This document shows, piece by piece, positions 1 to 9,040 of a DNA stretch of 64,000 nucleotides; the stretch's first letter is position 1, and every line of letters begins with the position of its first letter. A program made the translations under genes and the position numbers. This DNA comes from Vicinamibacteria bacterium (GTDB taxonomy: Bacteria; Acidobacteriota; Vicinamibacteria; Marinacidobacterales; Marinacidobacteraceae), in contig CAXXLQ010000004.1 in the NCBI GenBank assembly GCA_963668695.2, forward strand, positions 1,568,001-1,632,000, in the 5' to 3' direction. The notes beneath the pieces were generated by a model. The model saw only the letters and a list, made by a program, of their open reading frames with translations. It was not told the origin of the DNA and did not search any database.

Positions 1-186
1 GCGGTTGTGGATCTCGCGTGGCCTCGCGGGATTCAGGAAGGACTTAGCGGCAAGGTGGCTGTGCTCATCGACGAAGACGCCGCCACGCATCGAGCCGTGG
101 CCGACGCCGGGTTCCGCTGTTTCGACACGGTGGAGCGGTTCCGGGAGCACGTAAGCCGAGAAGTCCTCGGAGACCGCACCGACTAG
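1..186 (+). CDS. 3' end of probable DUF262/GmrSD-type restriction protein (partial)
   Basis: Frame 1 reads AVVDLAWPRGIQEGLSGKVAVLIDED...AGFRCF...REVL to TAG at 184-186. This resembles, from memory, the C-terminus of a DUF262-containing family. It lies next to other restriction genes. Confidence 0.55.
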   Translation, partial: AVVDLAWPRGIQEGLSGKVAVLIDEDAATHRAVADAGFRCFDTVERFREHVSREVLGDRTD

Positions 187-307
187 GGCGCTTGGCCGAT
201 ATGCCGAAGTTGTCGCCCGCGTCGGGACTAGCTATCTGCACGACCCTCGCAGGTCGCCCTGAAGGTCACGCTGTTGAGGCTCTACCGCTGGATGAGGCAC
301 CAGTGCA

Positions 308-1221
308 ATGAGCAGACGGATCGCTCCAGCGGCGATCCAGGCGCTAAAGGAGGCCTTGACACTAATCTATTGGTACAAGGGCGACCTCAGAAGTTTCGTA
401 TCTCAGTGCCTATCTGCACCGGACGTGTTGGCGCGGCTAGATTGGCAGGGATACAAGCGAGACGTCGTGGGGACTCTAGTCGACTACCTCGCCACCAACG
501 AAGAGCTGTATCAAAAAGAACTCATTGGACTGATGTCGGCCGTGTGCCAGGTTGAGGACTTTTCTCATCTCCGCAGACTCGAGGACGGAAATGACAAGGC
601 CAAAAAAGCAAGAGCTGCAGTAAATGCTCTGCGAGTGCATATGACGGGGCATCAAGATCTGCAGAGTGATAAAAAAGAAGTTGAGACTAGAAGAAGGGAG
701 GCACGCAGTAGAGCGGTTCAGGCTAGTGCTGTTCGCCAGAAGCTAGAGGAGATCAAAGTAACCTATTCTGACTTGGCGGTATCGACTAACCCCCAGCGTC
801 GGGGGTTCTTGTTGGAGAAGGTTCTGACGCGCCTGTTCGATGTAGTCGACCTCGACCCTAAGGCTTCCTTCAGAATAGATGGCGAACAGATTGACGGAGC
901 ATTCAGTTTCGAAGGTACTGACTACTTGTTGGAAGCCAAGTGGCAGAAGGACCCGGTTAGCGCTACGGCACTAGACAGTCTGGCCGGGAAAATACGACGA
1001 AGCTCGACAATACTCTGGGTCTCTTCTTGTCCATCAACGGTTACTCCGACGACGCGATAGGAGCAGTCGCATCGGGGAGGCGCACTGTGATTCTGATGGA
1101 TGGTGCTGATCTCATGGCCGTACTTGAAGGCCGAATAGATCTAGTTCAACTGTTGCTGCGCAAGCGTCGTCACGCGGCTCAAACGGGCGGGATCTACCTT
1201 CGCGTGGAGGCGATCCTGTAA
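308..1221 (+). pseudogene. Mrr-like restriction endonuclease, split by a 1-bp frameshift near 998
   Basis: Motifs RGFLLEKVL, EQIDG, YLLEAKW (PD-(D/E)xK type). After GKIRR the protein continues in another frame as (K)LDNTLGLFLSINGYS...ILMDGADL to TAA at 1221; cgacgaagctc lacks one base. Confidence 0.75.
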
Positions 1222-1245
1222 GGGAGTGACCGCAGCCGATCGGAG

Positions 1246-4200
1246 TCAGGGGGACGCGGTGGAGGTGACTTGCAGGATCGCGGCGATGCGGCGGGCGGTG
1301 TCGGTGAAGTGTTGGACTTCTTCGGGGTGGAGAGGGCGTTTCAGCACAGAACGCTCGCGATAGGAGAGCCATTTCTTCAGGACCTGGTAGCCGCCGAGGC
1401 GGTAGTTCCAGACGGCGGCCGGGACGTTTCGCCAGAAGGCGCGCTCGTTCAGCCAGATGTCGAAGGTGGAGTCGCCGAGCGTTGGGATGGCGTGGGCGAG
1501 CGCGCTGTGTTCGTCAGGGGCGAATGCGCGCTGACGGGCTCGGCCCGTTCCGGGCATCACGACGTCCCCCACTCCGAAGTGTCCCCAGCCGGCGGTGACG
1601 CCGAAGTCGCTCCCGGCCATGTTGTTCCCATCCGCTGTGGCAGGGACGGCTAGCACGGCGAGTTCCGGGCGAAGCGTGCCGTCCGACACTCCGGCGGCAG
1701 GAGTGTCCGGATCCAATAGCCGAGCCAGTTCCCTTCCTAGCGCCGCCGACTGAAGCAGGTCCTGCCGCGCGTCTTTCTCTTGGCCGTCGGGCCACCCCGG
1801 CACCGGAATCCGCGGCCACCCTACGGTGAGTGCTCCAGCGTTGGCCTGCCGGTATGCCGGGTCATGAAGCTTGGACAGCACGTGGTGAAACAGATCCTCG
1901 ACGGTTGCGTCGAGCCTTTCCAGATATTGCTCGGCAGCGGCGGACAGATTCGGGCGACACGGCAGACCAGCGCCACCCATTCGCAACGAGCCGCCCCGGA
2001 GCCACGCCGGGAAGAACTGAATCCCCCAATATCCGTACTTGAGATTGCCGAGATGAGAGGTGTACGTCCCTTGTGAGAAATCGGACTGGACTTCCCGCTC
2101 ATTGGCGCAGAGCCACTTGTTCCCTTCGAAGACGTGTGGCCGGTATTCGGCGCGCTTCCGGTCCAGCAGGGTGGTTTCCGCTTCCCAGTAAAGCCACCGT
2201 ACGTCGAACGGGCGATAGGCGAAGCGGACGAAGCCAGATTCGGTCGGCCCGCCGCGAGCCACGAGCACTTCGCGGACGGCGCGCGCCGGGAATCCCCCTG
2301 TCGTCTCCATCGCGTTGGGATAGCGCCGCGTGATTTCTTCATGGGTCAGGTCTTTGTCGAAGTAGTCTGCGATGCGCGCCTTGAGACGGTCGAGGTCTAC
2401 ATCAATGAGAAAGCCGTCGCGGCTTGTCTTGACCCCGGGAAAGGAGGCCGGAAAGAGTTCGGGAAGCGAGGGCCACAAGAACCAATCCTCACTGACCGCT
2501 ACCGGCTTGAAGGGGAGACCGAGTCGCACGTTCGGACGGAGCGCTGCGTAGCCGGCGTCCGGTGTCGCGGTGTCGAGGCTATCGAGCAGCGCGCGTCGGC
2601 GGTTGTCAGCCTTCGCTTCGATGAAGTCTCTATAGAGCACGCGAGCGCCGTCTCCACCGCTGGAGCGTGGACCAGAGCGGCACAGGAGAGTGATGCTCGT
2701 ACCGATCTTGATTCCGGGTGACTGTCCGGGCAGTGCGAAGATGGTTTCACTAGTTTGGCCGTCGGGGGCATATTCCGAAATGATCCGGTCGCCGTGCAGG
2801 TTGTCGATCCGGACAGAGTCGAACGCGTCGACGTAGCGCTCGCGCATTCCCGTGAAGGACAGTCCGTCTAGCCATGAGTAGTTGGAGATGAAGCAGACGA
2901 CACCGCGTCCGGTCTTCTCGACGATGCGGCGCTCCGCCATTCGAAAGAAACGGACGTAGAGATCGTTCAGCCCCCGACCCTTCGGCCGGCGCACGCGCTT
3001 TGTGGTCCGGTAGGCATCCGTGAGTTCGCGCTCCTCGTCCACCGCCATTCCGGCGAACCCGTTGTACGGGGGGTTGCCCAGGATCACGAGGATCGGCGTC
3101 TCCTGCTTCACCCTCTCCGCCCGGTCGCGCTCCTCCTCCAGTTCTGGAAAGAGAAGGTGCTTCCGCTCCTTCTGTTCCCATCCCGTGAGCGCATTTGTCA
3201 GGAAGACCTGCGCTCGCTCGGCCCCATCGTCGGACAGCGGCGCGTCAAGGCCCTGCATCGTCAGGCCGACCTGCAGATGGGCCACCACGAAGGGCGCCGG
3301 CATGATCTCGAAGCCGAAGACCCGCTTGGTCGCGGCCTCCTTCACCCGGGCGCCGACGAGAGCTCCCAGGCCCTTGACTTCGAGATTGGCAGCAATCCGG
3401 CGGAGGACCTCCGCCAGGTAGGCTCCGGTGCCGCAACACGGGTCGAGCACATAGACGTTCTCGGCGGCCAGCCCGTCCGCGATCCCGAGATCGTCCTTCA
3501 GCGCCCGGTCCACCCGGGCGACCATGTAGCGGACGATCTCGTTCGGCGTGTACCAGACGCCGAGCTGCTTCCGGAGTTCCGGGTCGAAGGCGGCGAGGAA
3601 CGGCTCGTAGAAGTACGGGACCGCCTCACCCTCCCGGAAGCGCGCGAAGAACGCCTTCCGGTCCACCCGATCGAGTGTCGCGGCGGTCCAGTCCAGCACC
3701 TCAACGAGGCCGAGGGGTTGGAGGCGGCCCGGATCGGAAATCTGCTGGAAGAGGGCTCGGAGCACGGGAGCGCGGAGATGCCAGACCGCGGTCTTCCAAT
3801 CGAAGCGGTCCTGCTTCGATGGGTGGGAGCGGGCCCAGAGCACCCACGCCGAGAACACCCCGTAGAACAGCGTTTGCACGAGCGTGGAGTGGAAGAAGCG
3901 TTTCCCGCGATCCCCCTCGAACCGGATCCCGAGCGCCTCTTCGAGCGCCGTGCGGAGCGACTCGAAGGCCGCGGCTTCGTCGGCCGCCTCGACCCGCGCG
4001 AGCCCGTCGCGCGCGTAGGAGGCGAGGAGCCAGGCGAGATCCTTCGGCTCGGTGAGCGCGGCGCTGTAGGACAGCACACGGGCGAGGTACTCGACGAGGC
4101 GACCGCCCACTTCCTGTGCGAAAGCGCGGGGTTTCTCCAGCTTCCGATGGAACTCCGCCGCAGTCTCTGCGAGGCGGAACGCCTCAAGGGTCGTCTGCCC

Positions 4201-4614
4201 TCGTGTCGCATCGGGGCCGACCAACCGAAACTCGCGCAGGTTGGTGACCAGCACCAGGCGGTAGCGAGCCCAGTAGCGGGCCACCTGCTCCCCGGCCGCG
4301 ACCTCCGCCACGTCATCTGCGTCGGGCTTGACTTCCACCACGCCGCGTTCCGGTATCTGTCCCGGACGGGGCCGCCTCCGTTGCAGTTGCTTGGCCGAAT
4401 AGAGCCCGACGTCCGGATGCCCCGCGCCCTGATCGGCGAGTTCGGAGACGCAGAAGACCTTGGGTTTCAAGCCGCTGCCGACGGTGTTCAGCAGGTTCAC
4501 GAGCGGGGGGTAGGTGGACCGCTCGACAGTCGCGCCGCCCGAAGCGCGCTGGCGGGCGAGATCACTCAGGTAGTGCTCGACCGCGGTGGTGAGTCGGGGG
4601 TTTGCTCGGGTCAT
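1246..4614 (-). CDS. Single-polypeptide restriction-modification enzyme (N6-adenine MTase + type ISP-like C-terminal specificity domain; type IIG-like)
   Basis: N-terminal PD...VEVK nuclease-like motif; GVWYTP, VLDPCCGTG (motif I), GNPPY (motif IV); YRPFDVRWLY and W.YRLGGYQVLKKWLSYR C-terminal motifs. No helicase motifs seen. Confidence 0.9.
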   Translation of the reverse strand: MTRANPRLTTAVEHYLSDLARQRASGGATVERSTYPPLVNLLNTVGSGLKPKVFCVSELADQGAGHPDVGLYSAKQLQRRRPRPGQIPERGVVEVKPDADDVAEVAAGEQVARYWARYRLVLVTNLREFRLVGPDATRGQTTLEAFRLAETAAEFHRKLEKPRAFAQEVGGRLVEYLARVLSYSAALTEPKDLAWLLASYARDGLARVEAADEAAAFESLRTALEEALGIRFEGDRGKRFFHSTLVQTLFYGVFSAWVLWARSHPSKQDRFDWKTAVWHLRAPVLRALFQQISDPGRLQPLGLVEVLDWTAATLDRVDRKAFFARFREGEAVPYFYEPFLAAFDPELRKQLGVWYTPNEIVRYMVARVDRALKDDLGIADGLAAENVYVLDPCCGTGAYLAEVLRRIAANLEVKGLGALVGARVKEAATKRVFGFEIMPAPFVVAHLQVGLTMQGLDAPLSDDGAERAQVFLTNALTGWEQKERKHLLFPELEEERDRAERVKQETPILVILGNPPYNGFAGMAVDEERELTDAYRTTKRVRRPKGRGLNDLYVRFFRMAERRIVEKTGRGVVCFISNYSWLDGLSFTGMRERYVDAFDSVRIDNLHGDRIISEYAPDGQTSETIFALPGQSPGIKIGTSITLLCRSGPRSSGGDGARVLYRDFIEAKADNRRRALLDSLDTATPDAGYAALRPNVRLGLPFKPVAVSEDWFLWPSLPELFPASFPGVKTSRDGFLIDVDLDRLKARIADYFDKDLTHEEITRRYPNAMETTGGFPARAVREVLVARGGPTESGFVRFAYRPFDVRWLYWEAETTLLDRKRAEYRPHVFEGNKWLCANEREVQSDFSQGTYTSHLGNLKYGYWGIQFFPAWLRGGSLRMGGAGLPCRPNLSAAAEQYLERLDATVEDLFHHVLSKLHDPAYRQANAGALTVGWPRIPVPGWPDGQEKDARQDLLQSAALGRELARLLDPDTPAAGVSDGTLRPELAVLAVPATADGNNMAGSDFGVTAGWGHFGVGDVVMPGTGRARQRAFAPDEHSALAHAIPTLGDSTFDIWLNERAFWRNVPAAVWNYRLGGYQVLKKWLSYRERSVLKRPLHPEEVQHFTDTARRIAAILQVTSTASP

Positions 4615-4911
4615 CCGGAAATGTGCTCGGCGGACGGAACTCGCCGTACGGAGGCCGGTGCATTCTCCGGCATAGCCGCGGGTTTCTCCTACCTCGGATC
4701 ATCCGGGGCGTTGCGGCAGTCGGCGCCGGGGCCGTAGGCATCGCGCGTGTTGCCCGCCGCCGGCGGGCCATGCTGATCAGGAGGTCGGCTTCCCTCGCCA
4801 GCGCGCCATCAGGCTCGCAGCGCTCCGTGCCTCACGCGGAACCGCTGCCCAGCGTTCCCGAGAACTCCTGCCGCGGGGCCGCGACGGGGTGCGCGTTCGA
4901 GAAGCGCGGGC

Positions 4912-5733
4912 TTACGGGAGTAGCTTGATGAGGGCCACTACCAGAGCCACTTGGGCCATCACCGCCCCGAACATCCACTTGATCAGGTCGGCACGCAATT
5001 CGGCGACGCGTTTCTCCACATCGGCCCGGATCATCGCCCGGGTGTGCTCCAGATCCTTCCGGATCATCGCCTGGGTGTTCTCCGAATCCTTCCGGATCAT
5101 GGCCACGTCCGCCTTCGTAGCTACGTCTCGCCGGATATTCGCTTCGGCGTCCTCCAGATCCTTCCGGATCATCGCCTGGGTGTTCTCCGAATCCTTCCGG
5201 ATCATGGCCACGTCCGCCTTCGTGGCTACGTCTCGCCGGATATTCGCTTCGGCGTCCTCCAGATCCTTCCGGATCATCGCCTGGGTGTTCTCCGAATCCT
5301 TCCGGATCATCGCCACGTCCGTCTTCGTGGCGACGTCTCGCCGGATGTTCGCCTCGGCGTTCTCCAGATCCTTCCGGATCATCGCCACGTCCGTCTTCGT
5401 GGCGGCGTCCTTCCGGATGTTCGCCTCGGCGTTCTCCAGATCCTTCCGGATCATCGCCACGTCCGTCTTCGTGGCGGCGTCCTTCCGGATGTTCGCCTCG
5501 GCGTTCTCCAGATCCTTCCGGATCATCGCCACGTCCGTCTTCGTGGCGGCGTCCTTCCGGATATTCGCTTCGGCGTTCGCCAGGTCCGTCTTCGTGGCGA
5601 CGTTCCTGATCCATGGACCCATGTGCTCTTCGGCCAGAACCTCGGCCAGCCCTTCCTCCATGCCGGCCTCCGTGAGCCGCTTCACGAACCGGTGGCTGTC
5701 GAACACTGCTTCTGCAACCTGTGCTGGAGTCAT
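4912..5733 (-). CDS. CCDC90/DUF1640-like membrane-anchored coiled-coil protein with expanded stalk
   Basis: Head FDSHRFVKRLTEAGMEEGLAEVLAE, repeated ATKxD motifs, C-terminal LIKWMFGAVMAQVALVVALIKL transmembrane anchor. ATG at 5733. Confidence 0.85.
   Translation of the reverse strand: MTPAQVAEAVFDSHRFVKRLTEAGMEEGLAEVLAEEHMGPWIRNVATKTDLANAEANIRKDAATKTDVAMIRKDLENAEANIRKDAATKTDVAMIRKDLENAEANIRKDAATKTDVAMIRKDLENAEANIRRDVATKTDVAMIRKDSENTQAMIRKDLEDAEANIRRDVATKADVAMIRKDSENTQAMIRKDLEDAEANIRRDVATKADVAMIRKDSENTQAMIRKDLEHTRAMIRADVEKRVAELRADLIKWMFGAVMAQVALVVALIKLLP
5045..5600 (-). repeat. In-frame tandem repeats (72-bp x3, then 105-bp x about 3) in the CCDC90-like gene
   Basis: 24-aa unit ATKTDVAMIRKDLENAEANIRKDA and a 35-aa unit with an extra 11 residues. 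Confidence 0.9.
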
Positions 5734-6069
5734 GCTACCAGCCGGCGGCACGCGACCGGAGATCGCTCGACGGTCTCGGCGGCGATGTTCTCCCGGCGAG
5801 GAGAATCTGCGAGGCGGGCGGTGGGGCGGCCCTCCAGAGTGGGTTGGCGGTGAGCGTCGGTGGGGTGTGGTCGGTATCCAGCATCGGGAGTTCCTTCCTG
5901 GAGCGCGGTGACGGAAACGCGACGTCTCCGTCCTACCCACTTAGACGGAATCCCGCCCCGATTCTTCCCGCGTCAAGGCGGCGATGTGGAAAAGTCGAGT
6001 TGGAGATTCCCGCCTGTCACGGCGCTACGCCGCTGCCCAGACACGCCGTTCCAGACGAGTCGGCCGGGT

Positions 6070-7359
6070 GAACATGTCGCAGTAGCCCGATCTGCGGCGC
6101 GAACATGTCGCAGTAGCGGGGTCGGCTGGGCGCGAACATGTCGCAGTAGCGGGGTCGGCTGGGCGCGAACATGTCGCAGTAGCGGGCAGTCGGGGTCGGC
6201 TGGGCGCGAACATGTCGCAGTAGCGGGGTCGGCTGGGCGCGAACATGTCGCAGTAGCGGGGTCGGCTGGGCGCGAACATGTCGCAGTAGCGGGGTCGGCT
6301 GGGCGCGAACATGTCGCAGTAGCGGGATCTGCCGGGTGAACATGTCGCAGTAGCCCGATCTGTGGGGTGAACATGTCGCAGTAGCGGGGTCGGCTGGGCG
6401 CGAACATGTCGCAGTAGCCCGATCTGCCGGGTGGACATGTCGCAGTAGCGGGGTCGGCTGGGCGCGAACATGTCGCAGTAGCCCGATCTGCGGGGTGAAC
6501 ATGTCGCAGTAGCGGGGTCGGCTGGGCGCGAACATGTCGCAGTAGCCCGATCTGCGGGGTGAACATGTCGCAGTAGCGGAGTCGGTTGGACGAGAACATG
6601 TCGCAGTAGCGGGATCTGCGGGGTGAACATGTCGCAGTAGCGGGATCTGCGGGGTGAACATGTCGCAGTAGCGGGGTCGGCTGGGTGCGAACATGTCGCA
6701 GTAGCCCGATCTGCCGGGTGAACATGTCGCAGTAACGGGGTCGGCGGGGCGCGAACATGTCGCAGTAGCGGGATCTGCGGGGTGAACATGTCGCAGTAGC
6801 GGGGTCGGCTGGGCGCGAACATGTCGCAGTAGCCCGACCTGCCGGGTGAACATGTCGCAGTAGCGGAGTCGGTTGGACGGGAACATGTCGCACTAGCCCG
6901 ATCTGCGGGGCGAACATGTCGCAGTAGCCCGATCTGCGGGGTGAACATGTCGCAGTAGCGGGGTCGGCTGGGTGCGGACATGTCGCAGTAGCCCGATCTG
7001 CGGGGTGAACATGTCGCAGTAGCGGGGTCGGCTGGGCGCGAACATGTCGCAGTAGCGGGGTCGGCTGGGCGCGAACATGTCGCAGTAGCGGGATCTGCGG
7101 GGTGAACATGTCGCAGTAGCGGGGTCGGCTGGGCGCGAACATGTCGCAGTAGCCCGATCTGCGGGGTGAACATGTCGCAGTAGCGGGGTCGGCTGGGCGC
7201 GAACATGTCGCAGTAGCGGGATCTGGCGGGGGAACATGTCGCTCTAGCGGGGTCGGCTGGGGTCGAACATGTCGCAATAGCGGGATCTGGCGGGGGAACA
7301 TGTCGCTCTAGCGGGGTCTGCTGGGGTCGAACATGTCGCAGTAGCCCGATCTGCGGGCA
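6070..7359. repeat. Non-coding tandem array of 40 units: 17-bp core GAACATGTCGCAGTAGC plus two alternative tails (33-bp and 31-bp units)
   Basis: Parsed by hand. Type A = core+GGGGTCGGCTGGGCGC; type B = core+(CC/GG)GATCTGCGGGGT. One unit has an 8-bp insertion (6167). Units diverge at the right end. Confidence 0.95.
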
Positions 7360-7521
7360 CCAGCTCGGAACTGGAGGTTCTTGCCGCCGCCCGCCTGCGG
7401 CGGGCTGTGCCGGCCTGGAGGCCGGCGGCCAGTTCTCCCGGTGGGGGCCCCTTGCCGGCGCGCCATGCCGGCTGTCGGCGTTCCGGTGCGACGGCGAGGC
7501 TACGGACTCGTTCGCGGCGCC

Positions 7522-8685
7522 TCACTCGGCGGCGCAGGTCGGCTCGGAACCGATGCGGCTCCGGTTGCGCGCGACGAGGTCGTACGCCGCCTGGCCGACG
7601 CGGTCGAAGACGGGAAAGAAGAACCCGATCATGCCGAGGATCGCGACGTTGCGCGCCCACGCGGGTCCCCAGTGCAAGCTCAGGAGAACGCCGAGCATGA
7701 CCAAATGGGTGACCGGGTTGTAGAGCAGCATCAACTTGACCGCGTGGAAGCCTTGAGCGATGTGCTTGCCGCCGGTGACGATGTGCAAACGCTTCGCGAG
7801 GGCGTCCGGGGCGATACCAAAGCGGTCGCCGATTCCACTCTGGAACGCGGTCCAGCGAAAGGCGCCGTCGAAATCGAAGGTCTCGAACCACCGTTTCGTC
7901 TTCGCGCAGATTCCGCAATCGCCGTCGTAGATGACCTCCGTCGTCGATTCGGGCCAGCGGGCGAACGCGAGATAGGCGGCGGGTGCTACGTAGAGAAACA
8001 GAACGAACGTGATTCCGGTGAAGACCGTCATCGACGCGTGAAACAGGATGCCGAGCCAAATCGCGAGAGGCCACCAGCGCGGCACGATGAAGCCGACGAA
8101 GAGGCTCAGTTCGGTCGCGATCGTCGCCCAGCCCATGAACTTGGACAGAGCCATCGGTGGCAGGAGAGCCGCGACGCGCGTGTAGAGGTCGTGCTCGATG
8201 TTGACGACGGTCCAGTGCTCGAAGAACTGACCGGAAAGCCAGTCGGGATCGAGCGCCTTGTTGAGTCCGGCGCCGAGGTAGATCAGCGCGATCTGTGCCC
8301 GCACGAGCCAGACCGACCGCTTCGACGCGTAGAGCCCGATGAGGGTGAGAATCGCCCCGCAGAAGAACGTGTTGTTGGCCCAGTAGATCCTCGACGAGGC
8401 GATCCCGACGAGTACCGTCGCACCGACCACGAAGGAAGCCAGCCGCACCCCGCGGTTGAAGATCAAACTGGCGGAGCCGACGAGGAACAGGATCTGCAGC
8501 GCGGTTCGGAACCGCACGGGATCCCCGATCCGGTCGAACACGGACACAAAGGGAAGGAACGGATCCGGGAGCGTCCACACGTGGCCGGTCGCGAGCATCG
8601 TGACAACGATGAGCTTGGCCGACAGCAGCAACGGTACGGGGAGCGGCGTGTCGCCGAGCCGCAGCGGATTCCACGACGGTTTCAT
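7522..8685 (-). CDS. HTTM-like membrane protein fused to DCC1-like (DUF393) thiol-disulfide domain
   Basis: Multi-TM region with QIALIYLGAGLNKALDPDWLSG and GILFH, followed by VIYDGDCGIC (CxxC) and AYDLVARNR. ATG at 8685 overlaps the upstream TGA (ATGA). Confidence 0.8.
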   Translation of the reverse strand: MKPSWNPLRLGDTPLPVPLLLSAKLIVVTMLATGHVWTLPDPFLPFVSVFDRIGDPVRFRTALQILFLVGSASLIFNRGVRLASFVVGATVLVGIASSRIYWANNTFFCGAILTLIGLYASKRSVWLVRAQIALIYLGAGLNKALDPDWLSGQFFEHWTVVNIEHDLYTRVAALLPPMALSKFMGWATIATELSLFVGFIVPRWWPLAIWLGILFHASMTVFTGITFVLFLYVAPAAYLAFARWPESTTEVIYDGDCGICAKTKRWFETFDFDGAFRWTAFQSGIGDRFGIAPDALAKRLHIVTGGKHIAQGFHAVKLMLLYNPVTHLVMLGVLLSLHWGPAWARNVAILGMIGFFFPVFDRVGQAAYDLVARNRSRIGSEPTCAAE

Positions 8686-9023
8686 CGTGGTGGCCATGTC
8701 CACGTCTCCTCCGGACGTCCGTTGACGGTGAAAGCGACGACGACTCGGGCGCTGTCGTCCCGGCCGTAGGTCTGCTCGTATTGCCGGACTTTGTCGAGCA
8801 CGTGCTGGACGGCCTGCCAGTTGCCGCCCTTCGCCGGCTGCCGATAGCGCGCCTCGATCGCTTCGGGGTCGAGCTCGCGCCCGTCGATGACGACCGTGAT
8901 CGAGTAGAGGTTCTGAGAGTCCATCGGCGCCCAGCAGAAGTAGCGAGACGGGACGAAGCGCGCATAGCCGATCATGGCGATCTGGAAGCCGAGAAGTCCG
9001 ATGGCGGCGAGCGTGCGTGTCAT
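8682..9023 (-). CDS. Small membrane-anchored partner protein (113 aa) of the HTTM gene
   Basis: MTRTLAAIGLLGFQIAMIGYARF hydrophobic N-terminus, YFCWAPMD motif; coupled to the HTTM gene by ATGA overlap. Confidence 0.7.
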   Translation of the reverse strand: MTRTLAAIGLLGFQIAMIGYARFVPSRYFCWAPMDSQNLYSITVVIDGRELDPEAIEARYRQPAKGGNWQAVQHVLDKVRQYEQTYGRDDSARVVVAFTVNGRPEETWTWPPR

Positions 9024-9040
9024 GCGCTTTGGACCAACCC

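Noticed and set aside
5973-7301. Long minus-strand ORFs (PLLRHV/ATATCS/RYCDMF repeats)
   Set aside because: All three frames are open and give the same peptides because the repeat lacks stops on that strand; the 31/33-bp units shift frame.
6070-7359. CRISPR array
   Set aside because: Inter-core segments are only 14-16 nt and fall into two recurring classes rather than unique spacers; no cas genes in the window.
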